This document shows positions 29,007 to 37,395 of a stretch of DNA of 64,000 bases, one piece after another. Below the pieces are notes generated by a model. It saw only the letters and a list, made by a program, of their open reading frames with translations. It searched no databases and had not been told where the DNA came from. Position 1 is the stretch's first letter; each line of letters begins with the position of its first letter. The DNA is from an uncultured virus (IMG/VR IMGVR_UViG_3300008050_000020). Taxonomy: Duplodnaviria; Heunggongvirae; Uroviricota; Caudoviricetes. Both the position numbers and the translations under genes were made by a program. The stretch is from IMG/VR virus record IMGVR_UViG_3300008050_000020; one strand, 5' to 3'.

Positions 29007-29519
29007 ATGATCACATACGTTCAGGGTGATTTGATTACGTCCGACTGCGACGTCATTGCCCACGGGTGTAACTGCTTCAACACTTGGGGCGCAGGTATTG
29101 CTCGCCAGCTTCGCACAGTTCACACTGAGGCCTTCGAAGCTGACTGGAAGACTCTGCGCGGCGACAAGGACAAGTTGGGCACATATACTGACGCTGTCTC
29201 GCATGGTCGACGAGTATTCAATCTGTATACGCAGTATGCCTACGGAAACAATACACGCCACTGTGACTACGATGCAATCAAATCGTCTCTCGAGTCAATG
29301 CGAGATGCTCTCAGAGTCACGGACGAAATCGAAGGAGCTAAGATCGGTCTTCCCAAGATTGGGTGCGGACTAGCAGGTGGAGATTGGAACGTCGTTGAAG
29401 GCATCATCGAAGAAGTCTTTTCGGGCATTGACATCTACGTCTATGTTCTAGACGACGGATCCATTGAAGCAGCACGCGCAGCAGGCGCACGAATCCAGGC
29501 GGCAATCCAGAATGCCTGA
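29007..29519 (+). CDS. Macrodomain protein (DarG/TARG1-like class)
   Basis: GDL..IAHGCNC..GAGIA, FNLYTQ, PKIGCGLAGGDW. Confidence 0.9.
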   Translation: MITYVQGDLITSDCDVIAHGCNCFNTWGAGIARQLRTVHTEAFEADWKTLRGDKDKLGTYTDAVSHGRRVFNLYTQYAYGNNTRHCDYDAIKSSLESMRDALRVTDEIEGAKIGLPKIGCGLAGGDWNVVEGIIEEVFSGIDIYVYVLDDGSIEAARAAGARIQAAIQNA

Positions 29520-29733
29520 TGGATCAGAAATCATTCGGGAAGTCACGTATTCCCGAGAAGAGCATTCCCGAGGCTCTGCCTGGATGTTCACATTGGGTGA
29601 CAATTCCGACATCCCTCAGTCTCATTGGCGAAAAGAGCATGACTCTACCGTTTGGCGATGGGTTGCATTGAAAACGTGTCATTACCGGGGCTGTTCAACA
29701 TGCCATCCCGAGGTCAAAAGTGAAAGTATCTAG
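29512..29733 (+). CDS. Hypothetical protein with C-terminal Cys motif
   Basis: CHYRGCSTCH. Confidence 0.45.
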   Translation: MPDGSEIIREVTYSREEHSRGSAWMFTLGDNSDIPQSHWRKEHDSTVWRWVALKTCHYRGCSTCHPEVKSESI

Positions 29734-30151
29734 TCTTCGAAAGATTCTCAAGCGGACAGGAGCCTCGATCATCGAGATTGATGATGTTGCGACTACAGTC
29801 CCACGACATCAGTTTCGCCTCTGTACTCGAGGAGAGATTATGTCAGCTGTCGCAAAGACAATGAAGTCTTTCCTCGTCGATGCTTACGGCAATGAGAACA
29901 AGGCGGATGAAAAAGAGTCCAAGTTCTCTGCCGTCATCCTGGGCTCTGAGTATTTTGACGACGCAGCAGACATCAAAGTGCGATTCGCGCGAAAGAAGAT
30001 TCTGGTCTGTGAATGTGAGGATCCATCTGCTGACAGTAGAACAACCAGACGCTTTAAGCTGCGAGTAGCTGTTTTTGGTGAATCACCCAATTGGGGACCC
30101 CGTAGAATGTGGAAAGACGCAGATTGCGACAATGACGAGATTCCGTTCTAA
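29720..30151 (+). CDS. Hypothetical protein, paralogue of 37388-37798
   Basis: LRKILKRTGASIIEID vs LRRVLGGTGAEVIEID. Confidence 0.6.
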   Translation: MKVSSLRKILKRTGASIIEIDDVATTVPRHQFRLCTRGEIMSAVAKTMKSFLVDAYGNENKADEKESKFSAVILGSEYFDDAADIKVRFARKKILVCECEDPSADSRTTRRFKLRVAVFGESPNWGPRRMWKDADCDNDEIPF

Positions 30152-30157
30152 GGCAGT

Positions 30158-30208
30158 ATGATTACATTCCCCACAAACCATCTGATCCTTGAGGGTCCTG
30201 ATCTCTCT
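30158..30208 (+). pseudogene. Orphaned original 5' end of the dNMP kinase gene
   Basis: MITFPTNHLILEGPD vs MITFPTNHLVIEGPD at 31088: 13/15 aa and 36/45 nt identical. Confidence 0.88.
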
Positions 30209-30242
30209 GAATCTTGCTTGATATGTACAACTAGGAGATATT

Positions 30243-31091
30243 ATGTTCTACCGAGAGTACGTGTGTGAGCACTGCGGAAAAGCGGGCAAGAAATCGGTAA
30301 GACATCGGTACCAGACAAAGCGAACTCAGAGATTTTGTGACCGTGCTTGCAGTAACAAGTGGATGCATAAGAATGGAGTCCTCAAGTCTGCGGGCAGAGA
30401 CAATCCGATGTATGGAAAATCAGTCAAAGAGCACTGGATAGAGAGGCACGGTAAAGAAAAAGCTCAAAAGCTTATCGCTCAACGTCGTGCTAGACAAGAG
30501 GCAGGAAGCGCTGGCGCAAACAACGGAATGTATGGTAAGGAGCATAGCGAGAAATCCAAACGTGCAATCTCTGAGTTTCGTGCAGGAAAAACGCTTGAAG
30601 AGCTCTGGGGCGAGGAGAGAGCAAAAGAATACAAATCTGAGTTGTCTGTTCGAATGTCTGGTTCTGGTAATCATATGTTTGGTAAAACTTCGACGGGCGG
30701 TCGCTCGATCAAAGGCACATACAAAGGCTTCTTTTTTAGAAGCCTTCTCGAGTATTCTTTCATGCGGCATCTCGAAGAGCAAGGTCATCCGCTAGACACT
30801 GTCGATTACGAGACAGTTCGCATTCGTGTCAGCGACAACATGACATACAAGCCCGACTTCTTCGTTCCTGCGACGCAGATTCTTTATGAGGTCAAGCCCG
30901 CGTACGCCGTCGCCCGAGAGGAGAATGTGATCAAGTTCACAGCAGCGAAGCATTATTGCAAAGAGCAAGGATGGACGTTCAAGGTGGTAACCGAGAATGA
31001 TTTCCGGAAGATTTCGTTTGCTGAAGCTGAGGAAGACGACGGCGTCGTCTTCGATGAACGAACGCTAAGCTATTTTAAGAGGACATCATGA
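30243..31091 (+). CDS. Free-standing homing endonuclease: Zn finger, NUMOD3-like repeats, TnsA-like PD-(D/E)XK domain
   Basis: CEHC..FCDRAC; NPMYGK/NGMYGK/NHMFGK; FRSLLE, YKPDF, LYEVK. Confidence 0.85.
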   Translation: MFYREYVCEHCGKAGKKSVRHRYQTKRTQRFCDRACSNKWMHKNGVLKSAGRDNPMYGKSVKEHWIERHGKEKAQKLIAQRRARQEAGSAGANNGMYGKEHSEKSKRAISEFRAGKTLEELWGEERAKEYKSELSVRMSGSGNHMFGKTSTGGRSIKGTYKGFFFRSLLEYSFMRHLEEQGHPLDTVDYETVRIRVSDNMTYKPDFFVPATQILYEVKPAYAVAREENVIKFTAAKHYCKEQGWTFKVVTENDFRKISFAEAEEDDGVVFDERTLSYFKRTS

Positions 31092-32038
31092 TTACGTTTC
31101 CGACAAACCATCTTGTCATTGAAGGGCCAGATTGTGCGGGGAAGACTACGCTCTACAGAGGCCTTCATAAGGCATCAGGATTCAGGTGGAACATCCTGGA
31201 CAGATCATTTCTGTCCATGCTTGTCTACGCCAAGATGTACAGTCGCGACACTGGCCTCCACGCCCAGGGTCTCTGGTCCGAGCTAACCAACATGAACAAC
31301 CGATTCGTGCTAATGCTCCCGAGCTATGCAGCAGTTGTTGAGCGATACAAGGTTCGAGGCGACGACATTCAGAACGAGCATACCCTCGAGAAGGTTGTAG
31401 ACCTCTTCGGCGACCACGACTGGCTTAGCTCGTTTCCCAACGTTACGCTGCTGGACAATTCTGATGTGGGACTCTCTGCGCTTGAAGACGATGTTGACCA
31501 GATTGTAGGCTGGCTTAAGACAAAGGAAGAGTACTCCATCGACGACATCGCAAGTGAGGTCGCTCGTTTCGTCTCTGTCATGCCCAACGGTTCAGTGGAC
31601 GACATGCGCGGGTACGAGACACCCATCAGCCTCACCTTCTACGACGACGGCGCCTTCGATGAAGGGCAAGACGCTTCCGAGATTTTTGCAGACGAAGAAG
31701 AGGGTGCTTACTATCAAGGCATCTACAACAGACTCATTGACAAGATTGGTGCTGAGCTGGAGGGAGACAATCCTTACAACGAAAAGCAGACTGTGAAGTC
31801 TCGACGCTTCGTTTATACAGACGACTCTTGCATCTCGTTCATCCAGATTCTCAATCGTGATGGCATCATGGACTTTCACGCAGTCCTCAGATCAACGAAC
31901 GTGGCCAAGACTTTCCGCAAGGACCTCAACTTTCTCTACTGGCTCGCTGAGTCTGTCCAGAAGAAGTTTCCCGAGCTTTCGTCTGTTAGGTCCACGCGAT
32001 TTCGGGTGCAAATGAACTCTGCTCACCTGGTGCGGTAG
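31088..32038 (+). CDS. dNMP (thymidylate-like) kinase fused to a thymidylate-synthase-like domain
   Basis: EGPDCAGKTT P-loop, LDR..S..VY; C-terminal SRR..SCISFIQ..HAVLRSTN..NSAH resembles a ThyA-fold core. Confidence 0.72.
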   Translation: MITFPTNHLVIEGPDCAGKTTLYRGLHKASGFRWNILDRSFLSMLVYAKMYSRDTGLHAQGLWSELTNMNNRFVLMLPSYAAVVERYKVRGDDIQNEHTLEKVVDLFGDHDWLSSFPNVTLLDNSDVGLSALEDDVDQIVGWLKTKEEYSIDDIASEVARFVSVMPNGSVDDMRGYETPISLTFYDDGAFDEGQDASEIFADEEEGAYYQGIYNRLIDKIGAELEGDNPYNEKQTVKSRRFVYTDDSCISFIQILNRDGIMDFHAVLRSTNVAKTFRKDLNFLYWLAESVQKKFPELSSVRSTRFRVQMNSAHLVR

Positions 32039-32167
32039 AGTTAAGCACAACGATTGAAGAGATTAAGGGATACGAAGAGACTTCTCGTGTAGCAGGCAAA
32101 AAGCTGGCACTTGCCCAATACTGTGAGTCTCGAGACTATCAGTGGAAGTGGTGGCCAGCAGAAGAGT

Positions 32168-32196
32168 TTGAACGGGAAGTCCGAGAGCAGTATAAT
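32168..32196 (+). promoter_or_regulatory. Sigma70-type promoter
   Basis: TTGAAC-17 nt-TATAAT upstream of the epimerase gene. Confidence 0.75.
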
Positions 32197-32227
32197 GCTT
32201 CTATCGCAACCCTCAGGAGACGAGAAT

Positions 32228-33244
32228 ATGAGTAGACGCTGTTTGGTCACGGGAGGCGCTGGGTTCATCGGTTCAAATCTGGTCAAGCGACTAGTTGCCG
32301 AAGGCTGGGATGTCGATGTCGTAGATGATCTGTCCTCTGGGCGACTTGATCTGTTGAGTGGCGTGACAGTCGCAGACGGCTTCATCAACGGAGCGGGTGA
32401 AGATGCAGATGTTCTGTTTCTACAGGTCGACTTTACTAATCAGCATGTTCTGAATCGCGTTCGTGCCAGTCGCTATGACGTCATTTTCCATCAGGCTGCT
32501 GTCCCTCGAGTTTCTTACTCTGTTGAAGAGCCCATTGAGACGATGGAGACGAATCTTCTGGGAACTGTCAAGCTCTTCAAAGCCGCTGCTGATGGGAATA
32601 CTCCCGTCGTCTGGGCGTCATCAAGCTCAGTTTACGGAGGGGCTCTCCTTCGTCCCACGTCAGAACAGATGAGAGGCGAGATTCTTCCCAAGTCGCCATA
32701 CGCGATGCAGAAGTACCACTGCGAGGACTATGCTGCTCTCTTCGGAAGTCTCTACGGGCTCAGGAGCATCGGCCTCAGATACTTCAATGTTTTCGGCCCA
32801 GGACAGTACGGTGACTCAGCCTACGCAACCGCCGTCTCTGCTTGGTGCCATGCTATCAAGGAGGGCGATGAGTGTCGCAGCGACGGGGATGGCGAACAGA
32901 CTCGTGACATGTGTTACATCGACAACGTCGTTCAGGCTAATCTCAAGGCAGCTAATGCACTTTTGAATGAGCTCGACTGGCAAGTTTATGGCACTCATGG
33001 ACTTTGTCTCAACGTAGCATGCGGTGATTTCGTTTCAAACAACGAGATTCTAGAGTTTCTCAAGACTCGATTTGGCGATCGAGTCAAGGTTAAGCATGCG
33101 CCTGAGCGAGCAGGAGACGTTAAGCATACACTGGCTGATCTCAGCGAAATCGAAACTCTGCTTGGCTATGCAGTCGAAGTTCGATTTTGGGATGGCCTTG
33201 AGAAGACTCTCGCTTGGTGGGGATTGATGAATGACGAAGACTAA
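32228..33244 (+). CDS. NAD-dependent NDP-sugar epimerase (GalE/WbpP-like)
   Basis: LVTGGAGFIGS, HQAA, ASSSSVYG, SPYAMQK, LRYFNVFGP, GEQTRD. Confidence 0.92.
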   Translation: MSRRCLVTGGAGFIGSNLVKRLVAEGWDVDVVDDLSSGRLDLLSGVTVADGFINGAGEDADVLFLQVDFTNQHVLNRVRASRYDVIFHQAAVPRVSYSVEEPIETMETNLLGTVKLFKAAADGNTPVVWASSSSVYGGALLRPTSEQMRGEILPKSPYAMQKYHCEDYAALFGSLYGLRSIGLRYFNVFGPGQYGDSAYATAVSAWCHAIKEGDECRSDGDGEQTRDMCYIDNVVQANLKAANALLNELDWQVYGTHGLCLNVACGDFVSNNEILEFLKTRFGDRVKVKHAPERAGDVKHTLADLSEIETLLGYAVEVRFWDGLEKTLAWWGLMNDED

Positions 33245-33788
33245 CACCGACAAGGCGGCTCAAGATATTCTTGACCTTCTTCGCGGTGCGCCTGGTCCCT
33301 ATTTTGAGACAGAAAGCTCATTCTTCGGTAAGAAGAGAGTTGACTCATCGATGAAGGAGTCTCCCATGGAAACAGACATGGGAGGTATGATCATCACAAA
33401 AGCATCGATGACATACGGTGAAGCTGACAGTCTTGCTTCTAGCGTTGACTTAACGGGCTACCCTGCATTTGTAAGACGGCACACGCAGAGTGTGTATTGG
33501 AATTCACCCTACAACAAAAATCCGCCCCCACCTGGTCTCTTCTTCAAGGGAGACGCGTGGTGGTCGATTTACAGCTATTTGGTAACGCAAGGCGTCATCG
33601 AGGGCGATCCTAAGTCGTACAAGAATCAAATGGAGTATCTGTACAATCAGATTCTACATCGACTCGTTGAAGCAGGAGTTTGGCTCGAGGCTGTCAATGA
33701 AGACGAAAACGCGCGATGGATTGCTGAGTTTGGTGAGGTTCTGGTTGACGGCAAGTGGCGTTGGTTCAAGCTCGGTGTTTGGCCGTGA
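33231..33788 (+). CDS. Hypothetical protein
   Basis: ORF in gene string. Confidence 0.55.
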   Translation: MTKTNTDKAAQDILDLLRGAPGPYFETESSFFGKKRVDSSMKESPMETDMGGMIITKASMTYGEADSLASSVDLTGYPAFVRRHTQSVYWNSPYNKNPPPPGLFFKGDAWWSIYSYLVTQGVIEGDPKSYKNQMEYLYNQILHRLVEAGVWLEAVNEDENARWIAEFGEVLVDGKWRWFKLGVWP

Positions 33789-34096
33789 GCGAGACTCGTG
33801 TTGTCAATCTCTATAAAGAGCCTTACGACATTTACATCGGTCGACCCGGTCGAGGAGTTGACGGCTACCTCGGGAACCCGATCCTTCTCAACGAAGTCTG
33901 TCCTGTATGTTACAAGCAGCATACTGAGAAGGGTGACACGCTGCCCTGCTACAAGGTCTATCTGGAGGCCAGAGTGGCCGCAGATGAGACTTTCAGAACT
34001 CGTTTGATTAACCTCAAAGGACAAGTTCTTGGTTGCTTCTGTAAGCCCAAGAGATGTCACGGGGACATTATCGTGGAGTGGTTAAAGAATGGATAG
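33785..34096 (+). CDS. DUF4326 family protein
   Basis: YDIYIGRP..GNP, LKGQVLGCFCKPKRCHGD. Confidence 0.85.
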   Translation: MSETRVVNLYKEPYDIYIGRPGRGVDGYLGNPILLNEVCPVCYKQHTEKGDTLPCYKVYLEARVAADETFRTRLINLKGQVLGCFCKPKRCHGDIIVEWLKNG

Positions 34097-34580
34097 AGTT
34101 CAGCAGCTCATTGAGAACAATTTCTGGGATCTCATGATGATCTGGGATGAGTCTAAATCAGAAGAGCGAGATGCACTGCTCACACAGGCAGTTCATGCAT
34201 CAGGCCCCATTATCACGAAGATTTGCAAGCGGCTCACGTTCGATTGGGAAGCATCAGACAGTCCCGTGTATGTTGACGATGATGGTCGAAAGTTCACATG
34301 CCAGACGAGGAAGCTGGCCTCAGCGGTTGATACGACTCTTTTGGGTGACACAGACAATTTCGATGAGATTGCTGACGCTATCGCTGCTGAACTTAACGAG
34401 ATGTTTGCTGGCAAGGACGGACCGAGGAAGCCAGCATTTTTCAATATCGTCAAGGTAAACGGAATGAGAATCGTGGGTACTGGGCCGAAAAGCTCTGACT
34501 ATGAAGTGTCAAAGCTTTGCTCACTGGCAACACGATATGCTGACACAAACCCTGATTCTTGGTTGCTAAGTGACGAATAG
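34089..34580 (+). CDS. Hypothetical protein
   Basis: ORF in gene string. Confidence 0.55.
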   Translation: MDRVQQLIENNFWDLMMIWDESKSEERDALLTQAVHASGPIITKICKRLTFDWEASDSPVYVDDDGRKFTCQTRKLASAVDTTLLGDTDNFDEIADAIAAELNEMFAGKDGPRKPAFFNIVKVNGMRIVGTGPKSSDYEVSKLCSLATRYADTNPDSWLLSDE

Positions 34581-34881
34581 ACGAACATCGTGCACTGCTG
34601 CTCCTGAACGCTACGAGATCTACAACATCTTCCTGGAAACACTTGATGGCTGGAACTCTCCGGCACCACCGCTCTCTCCTAATGACGGAGCCTGGGCCGA
34701 CTGGGCGCACCCCGACGGGCATCGAGTCTGGTGGGATGGAATCAACGGACGATTTGGGTTTGTCAGAGTAGATGAATTCAATGCTGACCTTCATCATTAT
34801 GCCTCAACAGGTAGAGGATGGAAGGACAGGCTCAGACACGATCTTAAGCGAGTCATGGAAAGCAACATGAGCATGAACTAA
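34570..34881 (+). CDS. Hypothetical protein
   Basis: Overlapping ORF. Confidence 0.45.
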   Translation: MTNRRTSCTAAPERYEIYNIFLETLDGWNSPAPPLSPNDGAWADWAHPDGHRVWWDGINGRFGFVRVDEFNADLHHYASTGRGWKDRLRHDLKRVMESNMSMN

Positions 34882-35075
34882 TGAAGAAAGTTACTGTCAC
34901 GCTGCAGATCAAAGCCACAATGTGGGCTGCTGATTGGAACCCACAAGAGATGATTCAGTACTTGAAGGCATACCACGACGGCCAACATCCTGCTGGCTGG
35001 GTTCGTGATGGAATTGCTGATCAGGGATCTGATATCACTGTAACAGATACAAAAATCGAGGAAGTCGAACAATGA
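34881..35075 (+). CDS. Hypothetical protein
   Basis: TAATG-coupled ORF. Confidence 0.55.
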   Translation: MKKVTVTLQIKATMWAADWNPQEMIQYLKAYHDGQHPAGWVRDGIADQGSDITVTDTKIEEVEQ

Positions 35076-35845
35076 GTTACGAAAAGCATATTGAGCTATA
35101 CGGCGACGGCATCGGCAAGGTCGAGTACGTCGAACACATGGGCTCAGACCTCACAATCGTGAACAGTGCTCGGGTGTCGTTTGGAAGTCACAAAGACGTC
35201 CTCGACGAAAAGGACGCAAAGCTCATCAACTACCTCGTGAATCCACCTGACGGAAAGATGCATACCTCAGTCTTCGAGCACTGTGCCGTTACCTTCCGTT
35301 TCAAGGTTCCGCTCTTCATCCGTTCTCAGCATCACCGTCATCGGACCTGGTCATACAACGAGATCAGCAGGCGCTACACAGCATCAGACATTGAGTTCTA
35401 TGAGCCCGAGACTTTCCGGACGCAAGCCAAGCGCAACCGACAGGCGAGCAATGCTGAGGATCTGATTGACCCGATGATCAATGTCGAGGACGCTGATCAT
35501 CCCAAGTTTGGCGAGTGGATCCATCCGCATCCTGCTTCTCAAGCTGTTCGAGAGCATCACCAAGCTTCTCTAGATCTGTATCATCGTCTCATGGAAGTTG
35601 GTGTTTGTCGAGAGCAGGCACGAGGTGTTCTTCCGCAAAACATGTACACGACGTACTACGGCACAGTGTCGCTACTGAATGCATTGAAGTTCTGCTCTTT
35701 GCGTTTGCCCAAGGGAGCCCAGTGGGAAATTCGTCGAGTTGCTGAAGCAATGGTGACGATTCTCAAGGATCTCTATCCGATTGCTGTCGAAGCATGGATT
35801 AGCAATCTTGATGACGACGTGAAAGAACTCTTTACCGACACTTGA
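35072..35845 (+). CDS. thyX: Flavin-dependent thymidylate synthase
   Basis: ARVS, HTSVFEH, RHRTWSYNEISRRY (RHRx7S), EQARGVLP, AQWEIR. Confidence 0.95.
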   Translation: MSYEKHIELYGDGIGKVEYVEHMGSDLTIVNSARVSFGSHKDVLDEKDAKLINYLVNPPDGKMHTSVFEHCAVTFRFKVPLFIRSQHHRHRTWSYNEISRRYTASDIEFYEPETFRTQAKRNRQASNAEDLIDPMINVEDADHPKFGEWIHPHPASQAVREHHQASLDLYHRLMEVGVCREQARGVLPQNMYTTYYGTVSLLNALKFCSLRLPKGAQWEIRRVAEAMVTILKDLYPIAVEAWISNLDDDVKELFTDT

Positions 35846-35879
35846 CAGTGACATAGTTATATGTGTACACGAGGTGCAC

Positions 35880-36647
35880 GTGATTGTCGGAATTTACAAA
35901 GTTGTCATTGGGAATCAAGAGTACGTTGGTCAGTCTCGTCAAATGTCTATTCGGTGGCATCAACATCAACGACAGCTCGAAAAAGGTTCTCACGGAAACA
36001 AGTTGATGCAAGCGCAATTCGACAAAATCGGTGATGTATCATTTGCTCTTCTCGAAGAATGTAGTCTGGACAACCTGTACGAGCGAGAGATGCACTGGAT
36101 TGATGAGCTTGACACTCTTCGAAATGGTATGAATCAATCCTGGCCAGGAAATCGATGGAATTTCGAGTGGACTGACGAGATGCGTGCCAAGATGTCTGAG
36201 TCTGCAAAGCAACGCGGACGAAATGGTGGAACGTTTACATCGAACGAAGCTCTCGAGATTCGCAAAGCTTGGATGGCCGGAGAACGAGTGCTGCAGATCT
36301 CAGAGAGACTTAAGTGTCATCGAAAAGTTGTCGGGAATCTGGTCAATTTTAGATCTTATCAAGAGGACACAGCAATTCCTGCGGGATACACTGAGCACCT
36401 TAACAAGGTACAATTAGAACGAAAGCGTGGCAATCGCATCGCACAGAGAGGCTGGAAGCATTCAGCAGAATTTATTGAGAAGTTTCGTGTAGCAGTGTCA
36501 GGTCCTTGCCTTTCAAGACGTAAGCTTGATGATGTTCAGCGATGTGAGATTCGACAGAGACTTAGCAAGGGTGAGACAGGTTCGAGTCTCGCTCGAGAGT
36601 TCGGTGTGTCAAAGCAATTAATCAGCAAAATCAAGAGACTTAAGTGA
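35880..36647 (+). CDS. Free-standing GIY-YIG homing endonuclease
   Basis: GIYKV..YVGQS..RW..H, REMHWI, C-terminal HTH-like LAREFGVS. Confidence 0.85.
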   Translation: MIVGIYKVVIGNQEYVGQSRQMSIRWHQHQRQLEKGSHGNKLMQAQFDKIGDVSFALLEECSLDNLYEREMHWIDELDTLRNGMNQSWPGNRWNFEWTDEMRAKMSESAKQRGRNGGTFTSNEALEIRKAWMAGERVLQISERLKCHRKVVGNLVNFRSYQEDTAIPAGYTEHLNKVQLERKRGNRIAQRGWKHSAEFIEKFRVAVSGPCLSRRKLDDVQRCEIRQRLSKGETGSSLAREFGVSKQLISKIKRLK

Positions 36648-37042
36648 ACCGCTCCTACATCTATCAGATGATCGATGAGATCATCATTGAAGCTGAAAGC
36701 CCGAATGTGTGGGAAGAGTATGAGATCAAAGATCAGCGTGGCATGGTCGAGGTTCACTTTCCGTACTTTGACGACTTTTGTGAGTTTGTCAAGGCAGTTG
36801 AGTGTCGAGGATGGGTTGCGACTATCACGCAAGATGCTCGTCGGCTTTTGTTTGGTGTGCGTTTTGATATTCCAGCTAGTGATGATCACGAAGGCTTGAG
36901 CTTGTTCGTACCTGTCCGAAAGATGAACGCAACACTTCAAGCATTGAAAAACTCATACCCTGACGTAATCAATGAGATGAACAACTTTACTGGCGGAAAC
37001 GGAAAGCTGTGGAGAAACGTTGTTCCTCCGCGCTGGAGCTAG
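36644..37042 (+). CDS. Hypothetical protein inside the thyX endonuclease cassette
   Basis: GTGA-coupled to the endonuclease; lies before the thyX remnant. Confidence 0.55.
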   Translation: MNRSYIYQMIDEIIIEAESPNVWEEYEIKDQRGMVEVHFPYFDDFCEFVKAVECRGWVATITQDARRLLFGVRFDIPASDDHEGLSLFVPVRKMNATLQALKNSYPDVINEMNNFTGGNGKLWRNVVPPRWS

Positions 37043-37045
37043 AGC

Positions 37046-37180
37046 ATGAAGTTCATCTCGTTGCGGATCGCTCCGGGTGCACAGTGGGAAGCTCAGCAGG
37101 TCGGACTGGCCTGTCTCGAGATTGCGAAGGACCTCTGGCCCGTCGCCGTCGAAGCTTATCTCGAAGGAAAGAGCAAGTGA
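37046..37180 (+). pseudogene. Orphaned original 3' end of thyX (44 codons)
   Basis: MKFISLRIAPGAQWEAQQVGLACLEIAKDLWPVAVEAY aligns ungapped (21/38 identical) with the ThyX C-terminus LKFCSLRLPKGAQWEIRRVAEAMVTILKDLYPIAVEAW. Confidence 0.88.
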
Positions 37181-37395
37181 TTCGCCCGGAAGACAAGCAT
37201 GACTTCCTGGGTGGTATGACTCTAGCGGAAGTATCCAAAGCTCTTCATGAAGATCGGCTTGTTCTTGATTTTGGCGGACCAGCATTGACCCTGGGTGACA
37301 AGCTCTCTCGGAGTCTGTACGTTGATCAGCTTAACAGAGAGCTTGAGAAGATGGGCTCACCCTGTCGAATTGAATCGAGAGAGAAGAATGATTGA
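37177..37395 (+). CDS. Hypothetical protein
   Basis: GTG start overlaps the stop of the thyX remnant. Confidence 0.5.
   Translation: MIRPEDKHDFLGGMTLAEVSKALHEDRLVLDFGGPALTLGDKLSRSLYVDQLNRELEKMGSPCRIESREKND

Noticed and set aside
37009..37176. N-terminal half of ORF 37009-37395
   Set aside because: Alternative frame over the thyX remnant; the real gene more likely starts at GTG 37177.
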